Shown here one piece after another: positions 7,743 to 14,668 of a stretch of DNA of 24,000 bases. The stretch is from an uncultured Actinomycetota bacterium (GTDB lineage: Bacteria > Actinomycetota > Actinomycetes > Mycobacteriales > Nakamurellaceae): the NCBI GenBank assembly GCA_963808365.1, contig CAWEFT010000002.1:375376-399375 (forward strand). Direction: 5' to 3'. Numbering within the stretch: position 1 is the first letter of the stretch; each line of letters starts with the position of its first letter. The notes below the pieces were generated by a model. It was not told the DNA's origin. It searched no databases and saw only the letters and a list, made by a program, of their open reading frames with translations. The translations under genes and the position numbers were made by a program.

Positions 7743-7813
7743 GCCGTCACCCTGCCAGAGGCTCAGTAGGTTTGGGCTGTCCACCGCCGAAATCGCGCTT
7801 CAGGAGCCCTTCG

Positions 7814-8842
7814 ATGCCAGAGCTGGACCGGCCGCTGCGCCGACTCGGGTTCCTCACCATCGGCGTCTTCGATCCAGCCGATCCCGGACCGGGGCACGAA
7901 TACACCCTCGCGATGATCGAGCTCGGCGAACGGCTCGGCTTCGATTCGGCGTGGCTGCGCCACCGACATCTGCAGCACGGGATCTCGTCACCGATCGCCG
8001 TGCTGGCCGCGGCCAGCCAACGCACCCGTCGCATCGAACTCGGGACCGCGGTGATGCCGCTGGGTTGGGAGAATCCGCTGCGGCTGGCGGAGGACCTCGC
8101 CACCGTCGACGTCCTGTCCCACGGGCGGATCAATCCCGGTGTCAGTGTCGGGCCGCCCAGGCACTGGGAGGACGTCCGCGCGTCGCTCTATCCGGACACC
8201 GCCGATAGCGAGGACTTCTCCTACCGGAGGGCGGAGCGGCTGATCGGCTTCCTCAAGGGCGAAAAGGCCAGCGAGTTCTCGGGAACGCAAGGCATAGAAG
8301 TGTTTTCCGATCGGGTGCAGCCTTTCTCGCCAGGGCTGGCGAGCCGGCTGTGGTACGGCGGGGCGAGCCTGCGGTCGGCCCAATGGGCCGGCGAACACGG
8401 CCTCAACTTCCTGACCAGCAGTGTTCTCAAGGTCGAGGAACTCGACGACGCACCGGATTTCGCCGAACTGCAGGTGTCCCAGATCCGGGCCTTCCGAGCC
8501 GCCTCCCCGGCGGGGCCGGCGGCTCGGGTCTCTCAGGGCCTGGTCGTGCTGCCGACCGACTCGGCCACCGACGCCCAGCGGCGCAAATACACCGAATACG
8601 CCGAAGCCCGGCTGCCGCGCACGAAGTCGCCGCAGGGTCCCGCCCGCATGTTGTTCGCGCCCGACCTGGTCGGCAGGTCCGACGAGTTGGCCGACCGCCT
8701 GTCCGCGCACGCCGCCTTCCGGGAAAGCGACGAGGTCGCCTTTGCGCTGCCTTTCAACTTCGCACCGGAGGACTACGACCAGATCCTCACCGATATGGCC
8801 ACCGAACTCGGTCCGCGGCTGGGCTGGCGGCCGGCGGGCTGA
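7814..8842 (+). CDS. LLM-class (luciferase-like) flavin-dependent oxidoreductase
   Basis: RLGFLTIGVFDPADPGPGHEYTLAMIELGERLGFDSAWLRHRHLQHGISSPIAVLAAASQRTRRIELGTAVMPLGWENPLRLAEDLATVDVLSHGRINPGVSVG is a typical LLM TIM-barrel N-terminal region. ATG 7814 has AGGAG (7802..7806) upstream; the ORF-track start 7772 is less likely. Confidence 0.85.
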   Translation: MPELDRPLRRLGFLTIGVFDPADPGPGHEYTLAMIELGERLGFDSAWLRHRHLQHGISSPIAVLAAASQRTRRIELGTAVMPLGWENPLRLAEDLATVDVLSHGRINPGVSVGPPRHWEDVRASLYPDTADSEDFSYRRAERLIGFLKGEKASEFSGTQGIEVFSDRVQPFSPGLASRLWYGGASLRSAQWAGEHGLNFLTSSVLKVEELDDAPDFAELQVSQIRAFRAASPAGPAARVSQGLVVLPTDSATDAQRRKYTEYAEARLPRTKSPQGPARMLFAPDLVGRSDELADRLSAHAAFRESDEVAFALPFNFAPEDYDQILTDMATELGPRLGWRPAG

Positions 8843-8886
8843 CGCGGGTGGGGTCGACAACCTCCATTGGCCGCGCTGACGCCCAT

Positions 8887-10164
8887 CTATCGCGACCGGC
8901 GGCCGAACATTTCGGCGTACTCGTCCAGAGCCTGAAGAATGTCCGGTGCGCGAAACAGGAAGCGCCGGGACTTGTGATGCTGGCCCAACTTGAGAATCCC
9001 GGCGTCGAGAAGAGGCTGAACGGCCCGGTGAATGTTGCGGCTGTCCACGCGGACCGCGGCGGCGAGCGTCGCTGCGTCTGAGACGGGGTGGGCAGGAAGC
9101 ACATCGAGTACCCGCCACACCGCCGAGTCCCTGCGGGCCGTCACTTTCGAGCGCCACCCGGCGGTGATGGCCGTCAAGCGTTCGGCGAACTGCTCGCCGT
9201 GTTGCACCGCCAAGATCGAAGCCGAGGTGAACATGGAAATGATCGAAGCGGCGTCGCCGGCGCGGTAGGCGGTGAGAGCCTGGAAATAGCGGCTCTTGTC
9301 GACCAGTAGACCGGCGCTGACCGGCACCGTCACGGACCGGGTCAGGTCTTTGTCTCGAAGGATCAGCTGCACCAAGGCGCGGCCCGTTCGACCGTTGCCG
9401 TCCGCGAACGGGTGGATGGTCTCGAACTGGGCGTGGGCGATCGCGGCCTGGGCGAGGGGCGGCAGATCGTCACGCGCGACGAACCGGGCCAGATCGTCGA
9501 CCGACGCGGGAATCCTGGTGTGGTCCGGCGCCACGTAGTCGGCGTTGAGCGGAGTGCTCCCGCGCCCGCCCACCCAAACGGGCTCAGCCCGCCAGCCGAC
9601 AAGTTTCGGCGCTTGAACCTCCAGAAGGCTCCGCTGGATGTCGGCGATCCTCGCGGCGTCCACGGGCCCCGTCGAGGCCAAGGCCTTGACCATGGCCTGC
9701 ACGTTCGCGGCGACCACAGCCGCGTTCCCGGTGCCCTGACCGGTCACTTCCGCTTCGGCGATCGCTCGCGCCGAGGCAGTGATCTGCTCGATCTGGGACG
9801 ACGACGCCGATTCCGACCGGAGCAGTACGGAGGGAAGCCCCCCGAAGCTGGCGGCCCGGGAGTCGAATCGGGCGATCGCTGCCGTTGCGTCGTCGACGTC
9901 AGCGGCCAGCCAGCCTGGCAGTGTCAGATCGACGTCGGCAATGTCGGACGCGACGGCGGAGTAGTAGATGCCGCCGGCGGCTGTGGCGCGTTCGCGCCGG
10001 GTCAATCCTTCCGCCCGGCCGACGGCCCAGGTCTGTCTTTCTCTGCCGACCGGCGGCCAGGGCACCATGGGATCGAATGTGGCGGTGCGGTCCTCGCCGA
10101 CGACGTGGCCGTGGGCGGCAGGAATCCCGCGACCTTCGCCGTCACGAGGCGGCGGGCGGTACAT
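8887..10164 (-). CDS. Fic family protein (Fic_N-type N-terminus, canonical HPFxDGNGRxxR core, C-terminal winged-helix-like tail)
   Basis: HPFADGNGRTGRAL at 9379..9414 matches the canonical AMPylation-competent Fic motif HxFx(D/E)GNGRxxR. The N-terminal region SESASSSQIEQITAS resembles the class II auto-inhibitory helix. The C-terminal VSDAATLAAAVRVDSRNIHRAVQPLLDAGILK looks like a wHTH. ATG 10164 sits 6 nt downstream of a TAAGAT -10-like hexamer (10171..10176, minus strand), consistent with a leaderless mRNA. The alternative start is M33 at 10068. Confidence 0.9.
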   Translation of the reverse strand: MYRPPPRDGEGRGIPAAHGHVVGEDRTATFDPMVPWPPVGRERQTWAVGRAEGLTRRERATAAGGIYYSAVASDIADVDLTLPGWLAADVDDATAAIARFDSRAASFGGLPSVLLRSESASSSQIEQITASARAIAEAEVTGQGTGNAAVVAANVQAMVKALASTGPVDAARIADIQRSLLEVQAPKLVGWRAEPVWVGGRGSTPLNADYVAPDHTRIPASVDDLARFVARDDLPPLAQAAIAHAQFETIHPFADGNGRTGRALVQLILRDKDLTRSVTVPVSAGLLVDKSRYFQALTAYRAGDAASIISMFTSASILAVQHGEQFAERLTAITAGWRSKVTARRDSAVWRVLDVLPAHPVSDAATLAAAVRVDSRNIHRAVQPLLDAGILKLGQHHKSRRFLFRAPDILQALDEYAEMFGRRSR

Positions 10165-10184
10165 GACACCATCTTACGATCTAC

Positions 10185-10210
10185 GTTTCACTTAACGAGC
10201 TAAGTGAAAC
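10185..10210. promoter_or_regulatory. Perfect 10-bp inverted repeat GTTTCACTTA-N6-TAAGTGAAAC in the fic promoter region (candidate operator)
   Basis: Arms at 10185..10194 and 10201..10210. The repeat is AT-rich in a GC-rich background and centred about 34 nt upstream of the fic ATG, over the expected -35 region of the putative leaderless promoter. Confidence 0.4.
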
Positions 10211-10351
10211 GCCGAGTGCCTTGATGCATTTCTCCTGCTCGCCATCGGCTGACCTGGGCGGCGCTTCAGCGTCGGAGGTGAGCGCGGGCTCGAGCCCGGT
10301 TCTGAGTGACCGCGTTCGCCTGCCGTTCGCCCGCCGCAGATTCCGATCCGG

Positions 10352-10576
10352 CTAGCGCGCTGGTGCGGGCTTGGCCGGTCGTGTGGCGGCGGCGAGTTGG
10401 CGTACGGCGTCCGGAACAGGTTGGCCGGTCTCGGCGGAGCGTTCCACGATGTATTTGGCGGCGCTTAGCATCCCCAGCGTTTCTTCCCGGTCCCCGACTC
10501 GTGCTGGCCCTTTCGCATCGGCGCGGGCATCGGCCGCCCACCGGGCAAAATTGGCAGCGTCGACTCGGGCAGCCAA
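10352..10576 (-). CDS. Hypothetical small protein (74 aa), doubtful
   Basis: This is the in-frame part of ORF 10352..10729 lying downstream of the ATPase stop. A TTG at 10576 follows the ATPase TAG with one intervening nucleotide (TAGATTG). The product is LAARVDAANFARWAADARADAKGPARVGDREETLGMLSAAKYIVERSAETGQPVPDAVRQLAAATRPAKPAPAR. By hand count, 49 of 74 third positions are G/C, which is lower than in neighbouring genes. There is no recognisable family, ATG start or clear RBS. Confidence 0.25.
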   Translation of the reverse strand: MAARVDAANFARWAADARADAKGPARVGDREETLGMLSAAKYIVERSAETGQPVPDAVRQLAAATRPAKPAPAR

Positions 10577-10577
10577 T

Positions 10578-11813
10578 CTACGAAGTGCCCGGGTTGCTAA
10601 GCAGCTCGGGCAGTCGGTAGCCAACCCGGGCGAAACGCTCCTCGTGCGGCGGATATCCGTTGCCGCGAACAAGAGCTCCGTCTTGCGTGACGAACAGGTC
10701 GGCGATCTCGACGACGCCGTTCTCCACACGCCCTGGCAGCGCAGCGATTTCGCGGAGCTGCCGGGACCCGTCCGCGGCCAAGGCGATCTGCACGACGATG
10801 TCCACGGACGACGCGACAGTGGGAACGACGAAGGAGGCCGTGACGTTCTCGCCGGCCAGCAGCGGCAGGGTGCATAGTTTCACCACGGCTTCGCGCGCCG
10901 AATTCGCGTGCAGCGAACACATTCCGGGCAGGCCGGAATTCAAGGCAATCAACAGGTCGAGAGATTCTTCCTGACGCACCTCGCCAACCACGATGCGGGA
11001 CGGGCGCATCCGCAGCGCTTCCTTGACCAGCCGGCGAAGGCGGATTTCGCCGTGACCCTCGAGATTGGGTTGCCGGGTCTGCAGCGCGACGACATCAGGA
11101 AGCCGGGGACGCAGTTCGAAGACTTCCTCGCAAGTGATGACGCGCTCGCGAGGCGGCACGGAATTGACCAAGGTGTTGAGCAGCGTGGTTTTTCCGGCTT
11201 GCGTGCCGCCGGAAACAATGATGTTCAGCCCGGCGATGACGCACGCCTCCAGGAACCGGGCCGCGTGCGCCGTCAGGGTGCCGTGGGCGACCAGATCTTC
11301 GAGCCCGTTGGCGGCGACCACGAATTTTCGGATGTTCACCGACATGTGCTCGCGGGTGATGTCCGGAATGACCGCGTGCAGACGCGAACCGTCGGGCAAC
11401 AACGCGTCCACGAACGGGCTGGACAGGTCCAGCCGGCGACCGGACGGCTTGAGCATCCGCTCCACCAGGTCGCGGACCTCGCCCGGTTGGAAGACCACGG
11501 TGGTGAGCTCGGACCGGCCGTGCCGGGCGATGAACACCTTGCCCGGCTCGTTGATCCAGATCTCTTCGATGGATGGGTCGTCGAGGAAGCGTTGCAGCGG
11601 ACCGAACCCGGCCAGCGAATCGAAGATGGATTGGCCGGCGCCGACCCGGTCGATCAGCGGCGGCAGCGACGAGGTGGCGACTCGTTCTTCGTAGTGGGTG
11701 ATGACCTCGTCGATCAGCCGGCGGGTGGACCGGTGATCCATGATCGGATCGAGGCCGCGCCGCCGGACGAGTTCGCGCACCTCGTCGGAGATGTAGTCAA
11801 CCGCCGTCGCCAC
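10578..11813 (-). CDS. CpaF/TadA-family type II/IV secretion-system ATPase (VirB11/PilB superfamily)
   Basis: Walker A VSGGTQAGKTT (11184..11210), ERVITCEEVFEL (Asp box), Walker B RPSRIVVGEVR, His box GLPGMCSLHANS, and the N-terminal LGPLQRFLDDPSIEEIWINEPGKVFI are all hallmark CpaF/TadA motifs. GTG start 11813 has GAAGGGG upstream. Confidence 0.9.
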   Translation of the reverse strand: MATAVDYISDEVRELVRRRGLDPIMDHRSTRRLIDEVITHYEERVATSSLPPLIDRVGAGQSIFDSLAGFGPLQRFLDDPSIEEIWINEPGKVFIARHGRSELTTVVFQPGEVRDLVERMLKPSGRRLDLSSPFVDALLPDGSRLHAVIPDITREHMSVNIRKFVVAANGLEDLVAHGTLTAHAARFLEACVIAGLNIIVSGGTQAGKTTLLNTLVNSVPPRERVITCEEVFELRPRLPDVVALQTRQPNLEGHGEIRLRRLVKEALRMRPSRIVVGEVRQEESLDLLIALNSGLPGMCSLHANSAREAVVKLCTLPLLAGENVTASFVVPTVASSVDIVVQIALAADGSRQLREIAALPGRVENGVVEIADLFVTQDGALVRGNGYPPHEERFARVGYRLPELLSNPGTS

Positions 11814-12013
11814 CGCGCCGCCCCTTCATTCCCGTGCCCACCGTGAAGTCCTTGTTCGCGAAACTAGCCAGCCGCACCGCGAAAGGGAAACCACGCCTGG
11901 CCGGCGGTGGACAGACGCGCGGCCGGCACCCGCGGCTGGTCGTCAGACCAACCGGCCGGCGTGCCAAGCGCGGAGAAGCCGGCCCCGGCCGTGAGGGCCC
12001 GGGAAACGTGAGG

Positions 12014-12826
12014 TCAGGCCGGCGGGGCACCAGACGGCAACGTCGAGTCCATCGGCCCGCGCCCTTCCGATTGAGCCTCGATGTCAGCCAACTCCTGCCC
12101 CGCCTGCCGTAGGAGAGCGGGAATGGAGTCCGACCAAGTGCCCGGCTTCTCGAACGGGGCGTACTCCAGGTGGACACGGTCCGGTCCGACGTCCAGCAGA
12201 CACATCAGCAAGGAATGGCTGGGCGCGTCCTGGAACCACTGCTTGCGAATGATGGCGTGGTCCGCATCCGGCGGTTCCTCGGCGGTGCGGGCCAACAAAT
12301 TCGTCCACCGCACGGTCCAGTCGGCGTCCGTCGACGACCGGGCCGCGGCCCGGAAGTCCGGGAGCCAGTAGCCGATGCGGGCGCTCAGCTCGCTGTCCAC
12401 GTCGTCGTGCGCGATCATGTGCGTGCCCGGTTCGAGCACCACGTCCCGTCGGTCCACGCCATCCCAGGAGGTGACACGGACTGAGGCGCCGGCGATCTCG
12501 ACAAGATTGAAACCGCGAGTGGTCAGGACGTCCGGCAGCGGCCGGCCGACGGCGGACTCCAGCGGCAGGACGCCTCGGGTCAGCGGCTGCTCGGGCGTCA
12601 CGCGTTCCCGGCGGTTCAACACGACAGCAGCGCGGCGAGCCGCGGAGTTCACGGCCAGCCAGGCGCCGCCGGCACGCTGGTCGCCGATGCCGGTCACCCC
12701 GGGGTAGCGGTCGGGCCACCACTGGCCCGGTCCGCGCCACGGCCGCGCGGGATCTTCGTCACGGATCGCCAGCACCCGCACGTGTCCGCCAGCGCCGCCG
12801 GGCACGTCGATGATCACTGTGCACAT
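12014..12826 (-). CDS. NRDE-family protein (DUF833/TANGO2-like, N-terminal Cys2 nucleophile type)
   Basis: The product starts MCTVIID (Met-Cys N-terminus). LAIRDEDPARP occupies the position of the NRDE motif, and GGAWLAVN and GFNLV are family-typical. GGAGG lies 6 nt upstream of ATG 12826. Confidence 0.8.
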   Translation of the reverse strand: MCTVIIDVPGGAGGHVRVLAIRDEDPARPWRGPGQWWPDRYPGVTGIGDQRAGGAWLAVNSAARRAAVVLNRRERVTPEQPLTRGVLPLESAVGRPLPDVLTTRGFNLVEIAGASVRVTSWDGVDRRDVVLEPGTHMIAHDDVDSELSARIGYWLPDFRAAARSSTDADWTVRWTNLLARTAEEPPDADHAIIRKQWFQDAPSHSLLMCLLDVGPDRVHLEYAPFEKPGTWSDSIPALLRQAGQELADIEAQSEGRGPMDSTLPSGAPPA

Positions 12827-12885
12827 CGGCGGCCTCCGGTCGCTTTCCCCGATCGAGCGGCACGCGCTGATGCCACAATCGAGCC

Positions 12886-14097
12886 GTGTTCGTCGTCGTG
12901 GGTGTGACCGGTGGAATCGCGGCCTACAAGGCGGTCCACCTGGCCCGGCTCTTCGTCCTGGCCGGGCATGAAGTGCATGTCATCCCCACCGAGGACGCGC
13001 TGCGGTTCGTAGGCCGCACCACCTGGGAGGCCATCAGCGGGCACCCGGTGACGACGTCGGTCCATGACGATGTGGACACGGTTCGTCATGTCGCGCTCGG
13101 AACCTCCGCAGACCTGATGGTGGTGGCGCCGGCCACGGCCGACTTCCTGGCCAAGATGACCGCCGGGCTGGCCGACGATCTCCTCGGGACGACGCTACTA
13201 GCGACCAGAGCCCCGGTGGTGGTGGCGCCGGCCATGCACACCGCGATGTGGGAGCACCCGGCGACCGTGCAGAACCTGGCCACCTTGCGGTCTCGCGGCG
13301 TCCATGTCATCGGCCCGGACAGCGGTCGACTGACCGGAGCTGACTCGGGGCCGGGCCGGATGAGCGAGCCGGAACAGGTTTTCGCTTTCGCGCTCGGCCG
13401 GTTGACCACCAGCACTGACCTGGCCGGGCTCGACGTACTGGTCACCACCGGCGGCACCCGGGAGCCGATCGACCCGGTCCGGTTCATCGGCAATCGCTCC
13501 AGCGGCAAGCAGGGGCTGCACATCGCGCTGGCGGCCGCGGATCGGGGCGCCCGGGTACACCTGCTGGCCGCCCACGTCGACGCCGAGGTCGCCGCGGCGC
13601 TGGCGAGTCGACCCGACGTCACCGTGAGCCGAGTCGGCACCGCGGACGAACTGGCGGAGGCCGCTCAGCGCCTGGCCGCCCAGGTCGACGTGGTGGTGAT
13701 GGCCGCCGCCGTGGCCGACTACCGCGTCGCCGAGGTGTCGAGCCGGAAGCTGGTCAAAGAGGACACCGACGGCACACTGACACTGACGCTGACGCAGACC
13801 CCGGACATCGTGGCCGGCCTGGTGAAAAGTCGGCGGCCGGGCCAGACCGTCGTCGCCTTCGCCGCCGAAACCGTCACGGACGCCGAGGAACTCGTCGATC
13901 GCGGTCGGCGCAAGCGCGCGCGGAAAGGAGTCGATCTGATCGCCGTCAATCCCGTGGGCTGGACGACCGGCTTCGAAGTCGAGGACAACATGCTCTGGGT
14001 CATCGGCTCCGACGGCGAAGTCGCGGCCCATGCCCGGGGTAGCAAACGGGAGGTGGCCGAGGCGCTCTGGAACGCGATAAGCGCAGCCCGGCGTTGA
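12886..14097 (+). CDS. coaBC: Bifunctional phosphopantothenoylcysteine decarboxylase / phosphopantothenate-cysteine ligase
   Basis: VGVTGGIAAYKA (flavoprotein CoaC N-terminus), PAMHTAMWEHPAT, VTTGGTREPIDPVRFIGNRSSGKQG and AAAVADYR (CoaB) are present. GTG 12886 is preceded by TGcCACAAT ending 6 nt upstream, so the transcript may be leaderless. Confidence 0.95.
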   Translation: MFVVVGVTGGIAAYKAVHLARLFVLAGHEVHVIPTEDALRFVGRTTWEAISGHPVTTSVHDDVDTVRHVALGTSADLMVVAPATADFLAKMTAGLADDLLGTTLLATRAPVVVAPAMHTAMWEHPATVQNLATLRSRGVHVIGPDSGRLTGADSGPGRMSEPEQVFAFALGRLTTSTDLAGLDVLVTTGGTREPIDPVRFIGNRSSGKQGLHIALAAADRGARVHLLAAHVDAEVAAALASRPDVTVSRVGTADELAEAAQRLAAQVDVVVMAAAVADYRVAEVSSRKLVKEDTDGTLTLTLTQTPDIVAGLVKSRRPGQTVVAFAAETVTDAEELVDRGRRKRARKGVDLIAVNPVGWTTGFEVEDNMLWVIGSDGEVAAHARGSKREVAEALWNAISAARR

Positions 14098-14159
14098 GAG
14101 GGGCCGCTCCCCAGCCGAGGAGCAAGCCAAGCGAGGCAACTGATTTGGCGCTACAACCT

Positions 14160-14387
14160 TCAGACGCGAGCGTGCGCGGTGATTCGTCCGCGCTGGTCGT
14201 GACCGAAATCCAGGATCGATTCGTTGACGCTGGCCTCGGTGAACTCCAGCGGAGTGGTGTCGTCGGGGCACAGAAAGCCCACGACGGCGCCCCGCATCAC
14301 GCGCATGACCCAGGGCGAGTTGTCGGACCGTTCCCGGCCGCACCGCTCGCACCGCTGCGTCATGGTCACCATTCTGGAACTCGCCAT
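14160..14387 (-). CDS. Hypothetical small protein with CxxC motif (67-75 aa; start uncertain: 14363, 14372 or 14387)
   Basis: This is the 3' part of ORF 14160..14630. From MTQRCERCGRERSDNSPWVMRVMRGAVVGFLCPDDTTPLEFTEASVNESILDFGHDQRGRITAHARV, nearly every codon ends in G/C, as in genuine genes here. The upstream part of the ORF-track call is Arg/Gly/Ala junk. I recognise no family. Confidence 0.45.
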   Translation of the reverse strand: MASSRMVTMTQRCERCGRERSDNSPWVMRVMRGAVVGFLCPDDTTPLEFTEASVNESILDFGHDQRGRITAHARV

Positions 14388-14668
14388 GCCCGCGAGACGC
14401 CCAACGTGGCCGATCGTTTGCGCTGCGATATCAAGTCGTGACGAAGTCGCACTGCGGTCGAGACCTACCGCCTCAGCGCCGGACTCGTCGCACTCGGCTG
14501 CGCTTTTCCGGCCCGCTGTTTGGCCGGGCGGATCGAAGGCGAGGCAGCCGGTTCGGCCGGTAGCGAACGCTCCCCGCCGGGCCCCGCTCCGACATTCAAG
14601 ATGGAGCCGCGGCGGCGCTGAACCGCCCATCGGCCGGCGCGCTCCGAGCCGGTCGGCAAGGAGGTCCT

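Noticed and set aside
10286-10297. 12-bp palindrome GGGCTCGAGCCC in the ATPase-fic spacer
   Set aside because: A loop-less GC palindrome of this length is expected by chance in GC-rich DNA. It has no positional relation to a start codon or promoter-like element.
10222-10353. 43-codon plus-strand ORF (MHFSCSPSADLGGASASEV...) divergent from fic across the palindrome, as a possible small regulator
   Set aside because: It has no RBS and no recognisable fold or HTH. The composition is Ser/Ala/Arg-rich, and it is below any length at which I could support it from sequence alone.
10352-10576. Small ORF upstream of fic as a FicA/VbhA-type antitoxin (class I Fic toxin-antitoxin pair)
   Set aside because: The peptide contains no (S/T)xxxE(G/N) inhibitory motif. 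The Fic protein carries its own N-terminal inhibitory-helix-like segment (class II arrangement), and the two frames are separated by 187 bp containing the fic promoter-like elements.
13774-13797. Hexanucleotide near-tandem repeat ACACTG ACACTG ACGCTG ACGCAG inside coaBC
   Set aside because: It is in frame and simply encodes TLTLTLTQ in the CoaB domain region. It has four units with point differences and no sign of slippage-mediated phase variation, since the length is a multiple of 3 and the gene is essential.
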